DNA of 64,000 nucleotides from the human T2T-CHM13v2.0 reference genome, Homo sapiens: NCBI GenBank assembly GCA_009914755.4, contig CP086569.2, positions 17,728,001 to 17,792,000 of the forward strand, read 5' to 3'. Shown piece by piece: positions 1 to 12,589 of this stretch (position 1 is its first letter; each line of letters starts with the position of its first letter). The notes under the pieces were generated by a model. It saw only the letters and a program-made list of their open reading frames with translations, ran no database searches and was not told where the DNA came from. The position numbers and the translations under genes were made by a program.

Positions 1-899
1 TATAAAACAGATAGGTGAGCAATAAGTAACCAAATAAAAAGTAATATAACTACATTAATATGAGATGAATAACTTTTGGAGAAAAAGCTTCCTGTGTAAT
101 GATATAAAATGGTGTTGTTTGTGGGATCCCAAATTTACATGCAATTTTAATTTATTCTTAACCTAAGCCTTCAATTGAAACCTAGACATCTCCCTGTCTC
201 CAATTTACATGCATATAGCTGTAAAATACAGAGACAAAATGAAAATTATTATGGTGTCTCATTTATGGAAAGAAAAATTTGAAAATACTTTTTAAAGTGA
301 ACAGCAAAATTAACAAGCTTGATCTAATTGATAAAGGTAAAACTACCATCAGAATCCTTTACAAGCAGAGAGACAGAATTTTTAAAATTCAAGTAAATTA
401 GGACACAAATCAAATCTCAACAAACACCTGGATACAGGTATATTACAGATTATATTCTGAAACATAAAATGTCATTGCATTAGATATAAATATAAATTTT
501 AATGAATGAAAGATAATAACTAAATAAATATCTGTCTGGAATTTTAAACTATATGTTCAAAATAAAATGGGTTGCATAAGAAATAAAAATGAAAGTTTAA
601 CAATTAAAACTTGTTTCATGTACCTGGAGAAAATAAGTATTGTACTTATAAAACAGGCAATAAGTTCTAAAAAATAAATTATGCAAACATACAACTTAAG
701 AAGTGTATCTCTTAAAAAAAAAGAAGTTAAGGAAAGTTAAAGAGAAGAAACAAAAGAAAGAAAAATTAGTAACAAACCTAAGAGCTTGATTTAATTAAAG
801 TGAAATAGAAATACATGGAAAATGTCAGCCATACCACACATTGATTCTGTGGTAAGAGGTATGCATCAAAAATGCCGTTTGTTCAGAAGAATTAGATAT

Positions 900-1160
900 A
901 AAGGAAGAAAAATGGACTGATGAAGCAAAAATGTACACACCAGAGGAGAAAAACAAGACATACTGTGAACTTTTAAAAAATTATATTGTAATAACTGATT
1001 TTATACTGATAAATATAAAAATAGATGAAATGGATACTCGGAGAGTACTGAAATTACTCAAGAAGAAATAGAAATCTTCAATAGACCTACAATCAGAAGA
1101 GAAATAAAATCAGTGACTAAATGTTATTTACACCTATTGCTGAAAGAAATTTTAAAAGAT
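900..1160 (+). mobile_element. Ancient L1 (L1M/L1P-like) ORF2-derived fragment
   Basis: One frame over ~1040-1110 reads EITQEEIEIFNRPTIRREIKSVTK, which resembles the L1 ORF2 stretch [23 protein letters not shown]. Stops in every frame; extent approximate. Confidence 0.45.
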
Positions 1161-2398
1161 GGATGTGCCTAGAGAGATAAGGTCACAATCTAACTCTCAA
1201 ACCCTAAATGGCTTTCCTTCCTCAGAGTAGAAGTCAAGCACTTACCATCGCTAACACCCACGAGGTCTCACCCCTATTTTTTTCTCCAGCACCTTATATC
1301 AAAATTACTCCTGCCTACTCCCCTCAAGTCACATTGAACTTCTATATAATCCTGCCTCCAAACTTTATTCTTGTTGTCCTTAGTCTATGATGTACTTTTA
1401 AAATACTTGTTTTTTTTTTACTGACACAGAATGTGGTATATGTTTCCAGTGTGCACTGAGATGTTTTGATATAGGATTCATTTTCCAATGATTAAATCAA
1501 GCTGATTAATGTATACATCACTTCATATACTTGTTTTTTTGTGGTTAGGATTTTGGAACTTGATGTTTTCTCTGCTTTGACCATGCCCTCCAGAGATGTA
1601 TTTGTCTTCTTTCATCACTTTCCGTGCTCAAATATCCCTTCAATTACCCATTTCCTTATATTCCAACACAATAATTCATCTCTGGCATGCAAAGTACTCT
1701 TCATCATGCTTTTTTTCTAAAGTAAAATTGTCAAGTTTGTAAGACAACATCCAGTACAAGCTATGTATGTTTTTAGGTTAGAAAGAGATGTATTAAATCA
1801 TTAAAAACATAATCCACAAAGGAGAATATACATCGATTTCAAAACATAAGGATTACAAAACTTTTTGCTCTAGAAGAATTCTTAAACAGAGAGAAGTTAA
1901 AAAAAACCTCTCATATTATATTGAATGCATACCAATAAATTATCCTATGTATCTAAATCCTAGGATGAAAAAAGTAAAAATCAATAAGAAAACTTAAGGG
2001 ATCCCAAAAATGCTTACATATTATTAACAAATACATTATAAAGACTCCATACCAGGGAGCTGAATGAAGAGTCTTTTACTTTAACAATATTTGACTAAAA
2101 TTGTCAATCAGTCAATGGACAAAATTTTCACTCTACAAGCTAACAGCTTATTAATATGTGAAAATATTTACCCATTTATGCTTGTGATTTATTATGCAAG
2201 ACAACTTCTTCATAGAAAAATCCAACTGTTATATTTTTCCAGCTTGTGTCCTACAATTAACTTTATATCTTTAATCCCTAAATAAAAGGATAAAACAGTC
2301 ATTCTTCACCGTTAATCACTTTGGTCTCATGTAAAGGGGAAACTTTCTGTGCACCTTAAATAATGAAGAGTTCTTTGAAGTTTATTTAATTTACTTTA

Positions 2399-2672
2399 TT
2401 TTTTTGATAAGGAACCTTCCTCTGTCTCCCTGGCTGAAGTGCAATGGTGCAATCTCAGCTCACTGTAACGCCACCTCCAGGGTTCAAGTGCCATGCCTCA
2501 GCCTCCCAAGTAGCTGTGATTACAGGCATGCACAACCACACCTGGCCAATTTTTGTATTTTCAGTTGGGTTTCCCCATGTTGGCCAGGCTGGTCTCGAAC
2601 TCCTGATCTCAAGTAATCCACCATCTGGGCCTCCCAAAGTGCTGAGATTACAGAAGTGAGCCCCTTTGCCCA
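2399..2672 (-). mobile_element. Alu SINE (antisense orientation)
   Basis: Leading T-run, then the reverse complement of the Alu consensus (gagacagg... ggaggc... cccaaagtgctgagattacag). Confidence 0.9.
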
Positions 2673-3338
2673 GCTAGTGAAGGGCTTTTTAAAGACATCT
2701 TTAAATATTTTAAGTAAGCATGTCTTGCCATTTTCTTCTTTAAATGAACAGAAATAGTCTGAATTTAGGCTTATGGGATCTATAGGAGGGATATCCTAGA
2801 AAATACCTGCTTAAGGAGGCTGTACACTGAATCCATGCTTTTCTATGCTTTTTTTTCCCTGTTGCTAGAGTGTTTGTTTAAAAGTTATTTTTTTAAATTC
2901 ATTGTAAAGGTTAGCCTCTCCAAAGTTTATTTCTCAGGTGATACAGAATTGGATTTTAAAATACAAGTTGTTTGTAATGACCATGCAAAGGATATGATCA
3001 GAATTTCATTAATAAACTATTTGGAGTAGCAGATAATTCTTGGTGTTGAAGGTATCACCATGTTCAATAGTTAATTATGGGAAATTACGTTTATTTACTG
3101 TAGTGGTTTCGAAGCTAAAAAACCTAAACAAATGTTGCCAGATTAAAATAGAAAATTAATAAATAGTGAAACATAAAGAGTGACTTTGTGCAGAGCTTCA
3201 ATCTTTGAGCATTTAAACATTTATTTGAGATTCAGTAGCTTACTATGGCAAAGAAAATCCTCAAATGTACTAATATGTGGAATAACAGATACTAAAAAAA
3301 CACCTATTTTACTTTCGCATAATCTTACTGAGAAACTG

Positions 3339-3765
3339 TGATAGGCTTTGTATTTATGTATGAATATAACATTATTTTGATACAATATGTTAAGCATGTT
3401 AACATTTATATATAAACAATATATATATAGAATATATTATACCTTTTCATTATCTTATTAAATTCTCTATTATTGAATTGATTGCTAGTAAATTCCAGTC
3501 AATTTGGCAAGGAAAATATTCTATACATAGGTACAAAATATATATAGGTATTCTATACATAATATTCTGTATATAGATATACAATCTTCACAGATTTGGA
3601 AAAAGTTCAATAAATATTTGGAAAACTGTAGATTACAGATAAGCTTCTAGGATTAATAAAATACTGTATGGGCCGGACGCAGTTGCTCAAGCCCGTAATC
3701 CTAAGATTTTGGGAGGCAGAGGCATGTAGATTGTCAAGTCAGGAGCTCGAGAACAGTCTGGCCAA
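3339..3765. repeat. Local segmental duplication, copy A (partner at 19756-20185)
   Basis: About 430 bp of AT-rich sequence plus the first ~75 bp of an adjoining Alu recur at 19756-20185 with roughly 90% identity by eye. The junction with the Alu 5' end is the same in both copies. Confidence 0.75.
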
Positions 3766-4272
3766 TATGGTGAAACCTTTTCTCTATTAAAAATACAAAA
3801 ATTAGGCTGGGTGCAGTGGCTCACGCCTGTAATCCCCGCACTTTGGGAACCAAGGCAGGAGGATCACGAAGTCAGGAGATCGAGACCATTCTGTCTAAAA
3901 CGGTGAAATCCGGTATCTACCAGAAAATACAAAAGAATTAGTCAGGCGTGGTGGCGAGCGCCTGTAGTCTCAGCTACTCAGGAGGCTGAGGCAGGAGAAT
4001 GACGCCAACCTGGGAGGCGGAGCTTGCAGTGGGCAGAGATTGTGCCACTGCCCTCCAGCCTGGGAGACAGAGCCAGACTCCGTCTCAAAAAAACAAAAAC
4101 AAACAAACAAACAAACAAACAAATTAGCCAGGTGTGATGGCGCATACCTGTAATCCCAGCCATTCAGGAGTCTGAGGCAGGAGAATTGCTTGAACCTGGG
4201 AGGCAGAGGGTGCAGTGAGCCAAGATCACACCAAGGTCCCCCAGCCTGGGTGACAGAGCAAGTATCTGTCTA
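3671..4272 (+). mobile_element. Alu SINE, split by a nested Alu
   Basis: Left arm 3671-3805 ends at aaaaatacaaaaattag. The right arm resumes at 4121 (ttagccaggtgtgatggc...) after the inserted Alu. Confidence 0.8.
3806..4120 (+). mobile_element. Alu SINE nested inside the 3671-4272 Alu
   Basis: Full-length Alu (gctgggtgcagtggctcacgcctgtaatcc...) with a (CAAA)n tail. The short direct repeat aaattag flanks it. Confidence 0.85.
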
Positions 4273-4275
4273 AAA

Positions 4276-4337
4276 TACAATTCAATGCAATACAATACAA
4301 TACAATACAATACAATACAATACAATACAATACAATA
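4276..4337. repeat. (CAATA)n microsatellite
   Basis: caatacaatacaatac... about 12 units, directly after the Alu tail. Confidence 0.9.
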
Positions 4338-5507
4338 CTTTGGGTGATAAGTTCTGTTAGATCATATATTCCTCAATGGAAGGTTTTCAAATGAAGAGTC
4401 GATAATTTCCAATAGTTTTTAAGAGATATTTATTTGTATTTAAAAAAAATTTAAGACAGAGATATGTTATGTGATCCACACAAATGGAAATAAATTAGAA
4501 AATGATAAAGTCATTTAAACATAGTAGAAATCTATAGATTTCAAAGCAAGCGGAACACTTAGTTACAGCTGATGGTACCATATACCAGTAAATAAAGGGA
4601 GTACTTATAAATTGCACATTTTTAAAAAATTAAAGATGAAGGACCCAATTTTAGCATTTTATCAGATAGTTCTGTGAAAATTTCCCTTTTAGAACTTTAT
4701 GAACTAGAGCTTTAAGTCAGCTTGATAAATCTGTGTTTACTGGGTATGGATGTATTCAACTGTCGCTTTACTGGCATATTTTTTTTCCTCCTTTGATTCC
4801 ATACTTACCAAGTTATTGAGAGTCTAATACAGCAAGAGGAGATGGTATATATGTCACAACTTCCAGTAAATCTCTGACATTTTCATCTATATCTCTAAGT
4901 TTGTCCTCTGGTTGGAATTATTTCAGACATTTAAGAGAAGAGATTGGTTAGAGTTAGCATTTGGGAGTTTAGTCATGCCTGGATCACAACTGGATTAAGT
5001 TTTAAACCTTACAGCTCTGGGTAGTAAAATTCCTAAACTGATGACATTTTGTTGTTTTTTCGGGTGACCATGGATGGTAGCTATTTTAACACCCCCATGA
5101 TTTTAATCTTAGTGGCCATCACTAATTATATAAGTAAAAGCAGGAGTGTAAGTGTGAGTTGACAACCACAAAAATTAGGCATCTTCCACTCATAACTGTT
5201 AGAAATTACATGTTATATATTAGGTAAGAAATACTGTATAGCAGTTGACTAAATTGATGTTAGATAAAATGTGAGAGTGGAAAAAAATAGACGATTGCAT
5301 AATTTTGAAAGGTTTAGCTCAACATGTTGCTGCCATTTTAAACACAAATAATGACATTAAAGAAAGACACTAAGTAATTTTAATCAAATTATGTTAAAGT
5401 TCTTAAAACTGATGGAGCAACTACCTAAAAATAGGGGATTCTGTAATTACATATTTGTAATTACTGAATAACTTTCTTTGTCATTTTAGAACACATCGAG
5501 GTCTCTA

Positions 5508-5612
5508 CTACCTTTTTCTCTCTCTCTTCCTCTTTCTCCCCCTCTCTTCTGTCCATTTCCCCCTTCCTCTTCCTCCCATTTCTGCCATCTTCTCTCTCTC
5601 ACACACACACTT
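5508..5612. repeat. CT-rich low-complexity tract plus (CA)n
   Basis: ctctctcttcctctttctccccctctc ... cacacacac. Confidence 0.8.
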
Positions 5613-7098
5613 TAATGATAGCTCAATTTCACAAGACCAGTTAGCAAGACACTTTATATATTTTTCTCTTAAGTCTTCTCTATATGCCCCATTCACAGCT
5701 TCTAAAAATACGGGCATCTGTCTTCTTCCAAATTGCAAAAGGAGAGAAAAGTATATTTTGATCCATGCCCAGAGCAATGGTCTCAGTGCCACATGAAGTC
5801 CTCTGAACACTTGATCTGGACTGATTAATAGGGTGTGAGTTAGTTACTATTCCAGGAAGCACAAACACCAATTTAGTATGTCTAAATACTAAGATCTGAA
5901 TATAAATTCTGCATCAACGGAAGACTCTTCTCAAATTAACTCCCCCCAGTTCTATGAACTCTCATGTTGCACCTGGCTCACCAAACTAAGCTTATTTTCT
6001 TTCCATAAGTTATTGTGTTTGGGATTCACTGTTCCCCTCCGCTAACTGCAGGACTTGATTGAAGACAACAACCTTCAAGTATTTTTGTCCTTGGTCTTCT
6101 AAAACTACATAAGCTTTCTTGCAAAGGTATTTCTTCCAACCTTATGGTCCTCTCAGGTTAAGGCAACCTAGACTACATCATAAGAAGCCCAGATAGTCTC
6201 GTTTTTCTCTCTCCTATGCAATAGATATTCATCCCCTTTTCATTAGTATAACTAAGTGGAGTCATTCAACTATAAATAAGGACAACTTTCCATGTTAAAT
6301 GATTTTGTCTTCTCTCCTATAGACAGGGAAGCAGCTGACAAAAAAAAATTAACCTTACTTCAACATGTACCTATTTCATATTTGCACCTGATTAAATGTA
6401 TGTAATAGTGCAAACACAATAATGCTTTCTAGATCTTCATTCCATTTATCAAGGTAAATATCAGAGGCATTTGTTCCACACAGTGAGAAGAACTGAGACA
6501 TGAGCATGGACAATTGACTTTGTGATCACTGAAAATGTTATAGGCATTGCTTACAAATTCAGAATATGATGAACCACTCAGAAAAGGGAGAATGATTCTT
6601 ATAATGATAATGACCACTAGTTTTGTTATATCTTACATCCAAAAGGATCATAAATTGCTTAACAACTCCACAACTACAAATCAATATGAGAATCATTTTG
6701 TATACAATTAAAATATGTCAGCTGTCTCATGGAGTACGGCAAAATTAATCAACAGTTTAGGGCCGGAATTGGAAAAAAAAAAAGTTAAAGCAAAAATGAC
6801 TGAGATAGGCATGAGGTAATTATACAGTCTGTGAGTAATCCATGCATCTAGGAGGGAGAGTGAAGTTTCCCCCACGTGCTAAGGAAACAGAATTTAATAA
6901 CATAAACACACACGTGCCTGCACACACTCACACATACACACATTTATTCCTTCAGAACTGAGGCTTGAAAATAAACTGAGAACATGAAAAAAAATAAAGT
7001 CATCTTAAATGTATTGGATGGTCCCCATTTCAATCTGTAACTATATTTAGTTTCTCCACCTATTTAAAGACATTATATGTCTATCAGAAGGAAAACCA

Positions 7099-7382
7099 GG
7101 CTGGGCACAATGGCTCATGCCTGTTATTCCAGCATTTCAGGAGTCCAAGGTGGGCAGATCACTTGCGGCCAGGAGGTCAAGACCAGACTGGCCAACATGG
7201 CAAAACCCCTTCTGTACCAAAAATACAAAAAAAGGTATACAGACATGGTGGCATATGCCTGTAATCCCACATAGTCAGGAGGCTAAGACAGGAAAATCTC
7301 TTGAATCTGGGAGGTGAAACAGAGCTGAGATTGTGCCACGGCACTCCAGCCTGGGCAACAGAGAGAAACTGTGTCTCAAAAG
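7099..7382 (+). mobile_element. Alu SINE
   Basis: ggctgggcacaatggctcatgcctg ... gcactccagcctgggcaacagag. Confidence 0.9.
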
Positions 7383-7680
7383 GAAGAAAGAAAGAAAAGA
7401 AAGAAAGGAAAGAAAGGGAAGAGAGAAAGAGAGAAAGAGAGGAAGAGAGGAAGGGAGGAAGGGAGGAAGGGAGAGAGAGAAAGAGAAAAAGAAAGAGAGA
7501 AAGAGAGAGAAGGAGGGAGGGGAGACAGAGAAGGAAAGGGAGGAAGGAAGGAAGAAAAATAAAAGAAAAAGAAAAAAGAGAAGACAAAACAAGAAAAGAA
7601 AAGAGAGAGGAGAGACTGAGGGAGGGAGGGAAGAACGGAGGGAGGGATTGAGGGACAGAGGAAGGAAGGAAAACTGTGCT
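7381..7680. repeat. Purine-rich (GAAA/GGAA/GAGA)n microsatellite from an Alu tail
   Basis: About 300 bp of A/G only. This produces the long artefactual S/L/F/P-rich and E/K/R-rich ORFs (7177..7830, 7301..7689). Confidence 0.9.
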
Positions 7681-8889
7681 GATTGGTAAATTAGAATAGA
7701 AAACAAATAGCCAGTACCAGCCACTATTTCTGCAACAACCAGGATATAGACAGTTGATATCATAATCCCACTCAGTAAACCATTGTTCTTTTGGAGGAGG
7801 AGAGATTAAATTATTTTGGTTTGGTAACATAATTTAGTTCACCTTCTCCACTCTTTGCTCACAAAAACAAACAGAAAACCTAAATTATCATTTTGCTTGC
7901 CATGTAGGTCTACACACATGGATAGAGAATACACTAGTTTTATATATCTCTTAATAACCTAGCTTCAGTGAGATATGTACGTTGTAAATTAATAATGTGA
8001 TGTGCTAGTATTGTCAGTCTTGAATTTGGGTTGTTTTGCATCTCCTGCCTCTGAGCAACAAATCAACTCACCATGCATTCATAAGCTCAAGTTTCTGAAT
8101 CTTCATTTTTAAGATACAGAACCTGGAAGGTCACAAAATCATCTCTTAGGACATGTCTAATAAACAAGGAAAATGTTAACAAAGTATGTATATATTTGTT
8201 TGTGCAGTAAAAACAACCTACATGATACATTTAATAAGTGTTATTATAGTGCTAGGCTCTCCAAGAATGAAGTCCACCTGCCCAAAATGAGATTGAAATT
8301 TGATAAGTGTTTAAACTGTGTTTAGGCTAGAAAATTCCCTACAATTTTTGATATAAGCATTACATTCCAAATTTTATGCACACACATAAACTCAGAAAAT
8401 GTGTAATTTTAAAATACACCTAAGTAATTCAATGGGGAAAATAAAATGCATTGATTTATGCTGATGAGGATTTCTTAAGAAACATTTTTCTCTGTAGATA
8501 TATACTCAACACTGCTAATTGTTTAATAAGGACAATTTCTTCACATATCATGAGGTACTTGTATGTAATTTCTTGTCCTAATCATTACAAAGTTGTGCAC
8601 TAGCTGTGAAGTTCTCTAATTTCCCCACACCAAATAGCAATTGTTAGACTTATCTATCAAATACCTTTAACTACTGCCTTTATCTATTTTCTGTCATCAA
8701 ACTATTGCTATTTCCCCATAATTATAGCTTTCTTTTTATTATTGCTTTTTTAAAATCATTTGTTTTCTCATAGCCGTTGCTTGGTGCCTTTGCAGAAAAT
8801 AAATAGACTATACTTAGGTGGGTCGATATCTATACTTTCTATGCAAATGTCATATTTTTATTGCTTACACTAGTTTATTATGGTTGTTT

Positions 8890-9008
8890 TAGAGATGAGG
8901 TCTTGCTATGTTGCCCAGGTTAGACTCCAGTTCCTGGAGTCAAGTGATCCTCCTGCCTCAGCCTCCAGAGAACCTGGGACTACAGGTACATGCCACCAAG
9001 TGCAGCTC
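8890..9008 (-). mobile_element. Alu fragment (one monomer, antisense)
   Basis: agagatgaggtcttgctatgttgcccaggttagac ... cctcagcctcc. Confidence 0.75.
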
Positions 9009-9694
9009 ATTTACTCTAATATTAAAGTAAGTAATAAAATTAGGTAAAGTCCTCTAACTTCACTCTTTCAAAACTTGTCTTAGCTGTTCTAGATGCTCCG
9101 ACCCCAAGAAAAGTCCTGCTTTAAAAAAAATCCTGACTTTCATTTGGATTAAGCTGAAGGTACAGATCAATTTTACAAAATTGGAAATTATTACACTACT
9201 GAGTCTTCCAGACTACAAACATGTGACTTATCTGTTTATTCAGGTTTTTTGATATCCTTCCATCAAGGATATATATTTTTTTGATATAGAGACTTGCATG
9301 TTTTCTTTAGATTTAGTCCCAAGAATTTTATGGATTGTATAGTCCTGTAAACAATTCCATTTTTCATTTTGATTTTCTACTTGTGTATATGCATGCATAA
9401 AGGTAATCCACCAGAAGGTATGATTTTGAGTTCTTTTTTATTATACAGTCTCTTTATCATATATAGGAGGGTTACTTATTTTTCTAATGTGCTGAGAGCT
9501 TTTATCATGAAGATAGGAAGATTTTTGTCAAATGCTTTCTCTTTTACATCTGAGATGAGTGTACATTGTTTCTTCAATTAATGAGGTATATGAGATGTAC
9601 ATTTATTCATTGAAAAATGTGAATGCTCAGTGATTTAACTAATTCACATTTATTGATATCTATGTAGAATAATTTCTACCAAGAATTTTGTTTT

Positions 9695-9785
9695 CTAATT
9701 TAACTTTATTATAATTAACTAATTATAATTACTATAACTAATAATTAACTTTATTATAATTAACTATTATAATAGAAATATTAGT
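9695..9785. repeat. AT-rich tandem repeat (TAATTAAC/TATAAT-like units)
   Basis: aattataattaactaattataattactataactaataattaactttattataattaactattataat. Confidence 0.7.
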
Positions 9786-9865
9786 TAAATCCTGGGGGGA
9801 ATTTCTGTTACTTCTGTCAGCGTAACTTTGAAAACTAGATTAAAGTCTTTAAATACAAATGGTTT

Positions 9866-10334
9866 TGAGAGGAGAGAAAGACCCTCTCGCATTGTTTTAT
9901 ATTGTTTCATATTCAGTAAAAACAACAGGGAAGTAAAACCAAAGACAGGCAGCCCAGTGCCAGGCCCGAAACCAGGCCTGGGCCCACCTGGCCTAAACCC
10001 AGTAGTTAAAAATCAACTTATGATTTAGAAGCTGGTGTTATTCATAAATTCCTTACACTGTGTAAAAGAACATTGTGAGACTCCCTGCCCTGTTCTCTTC
10101 CTCCCTGACCACCAGTGCATGCAGCCCCTGTCACGTACCCCTTGCTTGCTCAAATCAATCACGACCCTTTCATGTGAAATCTTTAGTGTTGTGAGCCCTT
10201 AAAATGGACAGAAATTGTGCACTCAGGGAGCTTGGATTTTAAGGCAGTAGCTTGCTGATGCTCACAGCTGAATAAAGTCCTCCCTTCTACAGCTCAGTGT
10301 CTGAGAGGTTTTGTCTGCGGCTGGTCCGGCTACA
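9866..10334 (+). repeat. Provirus 5' LTR
   Basis: Nearly identical to 18619-19086. Starts TGAGAGG and ends GCTACA; AATAAA at 10271-10276. Confidence 0.85.
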
Positions 10335-10336
10335 TT

Positions 10337-10360
10337 TCTGGCTTTCCTGACCAAGAGGGA
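10337..10360 (+). promoter_or_regulatory. Primer-binding-site-like sequence (closest to tRNA-Glu, degenerate)
   Basis: TGGCTTTCCTGACCAAGAGGGAA sits 2-3 nt after the LTR. It resembles the tRNA-Glu PBS TGGTTCCCTGACCGGGAA, with mismatches and indels. Confidence 0.45.
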
Positions 10361-10594
10361 AATAAGGTAATTGATGGACAGCCAAGGCAGCCCCTTAGGC
10401 AGCTTAGGCCTGCCCTGTGGAGCCTCCCTGCGGGGGACTCCGGCCAGCCTGAGTGACTCGATCCAAAAAGCTCTCCCAGGTAGGAAATTGCCCCAGTGGA
10501 ATGCCTCACCAGAGCAGCACATAGCAGGCACCCACAGAGGATTAACACAGTGGCTGAACACCAGGAAGGAAGTGGCAGTTGGAGTCTGGATATC

Positions 10595-10830
10595 TAAAAC
10601 TTGGTAAGACTAGTTTTTTGAACTTGCCCCACTCCACCTGAGTGGAAGCGTGGCCTGACCACCAACAGAATGCCTGTATTGGCACCTTTGTTTCGGTTTT
10701 GACTTGGCTTGACTTGGTGAGACTAGTCTTTTGAACTTGCCCCACTCCACCTGAGTGGAAGCATGGCCTGATCACCCATGGTGTGCCTGTACTGGCACCT
10801 TTGTTCTGGTTTTGACTTGACTTGAATTGC
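10595..10830 (+). repeat. Tandem duplication (2 x ~118 bp) in the provirus leader
   Basis: ttggt(a/g)agactagt(t/c)ttttgaacttgccccactccacctgagtggaagc(g/a)tggcctga... appears twice head to tail. Confidence 0.85.
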
Positions 10831-10917
10831 TGGATACTTTGGTTTCAGTTTTTGACCTGGCTTAGATTTCTAGATACTCTGATTTTAGTTTTGATTTTGG
10901 TTTGATGTAAACTGCAA

Positions 10918-11040
10918 AAGTGTGTGTGTGCCCCTTTTACCTGTTCTTGTTTTATGGTGTGTGTGTGTGGTGTGAGTGTGATGTTTTGTCTCAAAACAAA
11001 AACAAAACAAAACAAAACAAAACAAAACAAAACAAAAAAA
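10918..11040. repeat. (TG)n followed by (CAAAA)n microsatellites
   Basis: gtgtgtgtgtg... then aaacaaaacaaaacaaaac... Confidence 0.85.
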
Positions 11041-11131
11041 AAACATAGGTCAGGCGCAAAGTAAGCCCACCCCACTGGGAACTACGTTAAAAAAATTTCA
11101 AGGAGGATTTAATAAAGACTATGGAGTCTCT

Positions 11132-12584
11132 ATGACTCCAAGAAAACTTAAAACTTTGTGTGAAATAGACTGGCCAGCATTAGATGTAGGTTGGCTATCA
11201 GAAGGAAGCCCAGATAGGTCTTTAGTTTCTAAGGTATGGCACAAAGTAACTGGCAAGCCGGGACACCCAGATCAATTTCCATATATAGATTCCTGGTTAC
11301 AGCTAGTATTAGATCTTCCACAGTGGTTAAGGGGACAGACAGGCAGCAGCAGTACTAGCAGCAAAAGGACAGTTAGTTAAGGAAGGTTCTTACTCCACTG
11401 GCCAAAAGAAACCAGCACATAAAATTCTGTTTGACCCAGAGTCCGAGGACTCAGGGCAGGAGATGGCACCAACAGTGTCCCACCCCACTTATCAAGCCAG
11501 GAGCCCCCCTTCTCCTAGGCTCACAGCCCCTAGATCACCAAGAGTAGACAAGAAAGAAAGTGAAGCTGCAGGAAAAACTCCTCCCCTGGTGGCCCGCTTA
11601 TGGCCCAAGACTGGAATTCAAATGCCTCTGAAAGAGCAGTGATATACTAGGATAGAGGAGAATGGACACATGGTGGAAAGGCATGCCTTTGTGTATCACC
11701 CTTTTACCTCTGCTGATCTTCTCAATTGGAAAAATAATACTCTATCTTACACTGAAAAGCCTCAAGCCCTAATTAACTTGCTTCAAATAATTATCCAGAC
11801 TCATAATCCTATTTGGGCTGATTGCCACCAGCTACTCATGTACCTCTTTAACACAGATGAAAGGCGAAAGGTAATGGCTAGAGGAGCACATCCCAGCCAA
11901 TTACCAAAATCCCCAGGAATATATAAGAATTCAGCTGCCAGGAACGGACCCTCAATAGGATCCAAATGAAGGACTAGATATGGAGAGGCTACGATGGTAC
12001 TGAGAGACATTAATTGAAAGGTTGAAAAAAGGGGCTGAAAAGGTTGCCTATGTAAATAAAGTTTCTGAAGTCATCCAAGGAAAGGAGGAAAGCCCAGCCC
12101 AGTCCTATGAAAGACAGTATGAGGCCTATCTTATGTACACTCCTTTCGATCTGGAGAGTCCTGAGAATCAGAGTATGATGAATATGGCCTTAGTTAGTCA
12201 CAGCATGGAATATATCCAGAGAAAATTGCAAAAACAGTTAAGTTTTCAAGAATGAATACCTCGCAGTTACTGGAAATAGCTAATCAAGTATTTGTAAACA
12301 GAGATACAACAAGCCACCGAGAAAGCCTTAAGGAAGGCGAACGCCAGGCCAGGCAAAACGCTGGTTTGCTGCCGGTGGCATTTAGAGGAATTCCCCCGAA
12401 AAGGCAGAGAAAGAGGGGTTCCAGGAGGAATGCCCAGTCCAATCACTCACGTCTGCAGCATGACCAATATGCCTACTGTAAAGAAATAGGACATTGGAAA
12501 GATAAATGTCCCCAACTAAAACACAGAGTGATGCAGAACAAAAAACCTCAAACCAAGATGAAAGAACTTTGTTCAATCTAGCTG
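11132..12584 (+). pseudogene. gag: Retroviral gag remnant (MA-CA-NC), interrupted
   Basis: ORFs 11132..11380 (MA-like: EIDWPALDVGW...GHPDQFPYI), 11670..11969 and 12022..12255 (CA-like: TPFDLESPENQSMMNMAL) and 12252..12581 (NC with CX2CX4HX4C). Split by frameshifts and stops. Confidence 0.8.
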
Positions 12585-12589
12585 AGGGG

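Noticed and set aside
2404-2659. 70-71-aa ORFs (also 3978..4163, 25624..25845, 47153..47557, 51602..51817, 52507..52827, 62662..62964)
   Set aside because: These lie entirely within Alu elements (typical Alu-encoded pseudo-peptides such as ...[20 protein letters not shown]...).
7177-7830. Long ORFs (217, 162, 118 and 116 aa) on both strands
   Set aside because: They translate a pure purine/pyrimidine (GAAA/GGAA) microsatellite, giving S/L/F/P-rich or E/K/R-rich poly-peptides with no start context. The same is true at 19287..19823, 32538..33179 and 61041..61547.
9840-9866. Possible extra homology upstream of the 5' LTR to the PPT region of the 3' end (aaagtct..aaa)
   Set aside because: Only a 7-mer plus loose purine similarity, which needs an indel to align. 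Most likely chance, so I kept the LTR start at the TGAGA.
10262-10775. ORFs of 72-99 aa inside the provirus 5' LTR and leader
   Set aside because: They fall in the LTR U3/R/U5 and untranslated leader. They have no homology to retroviral proteins and are duplicated in the 3' LTR region in part.
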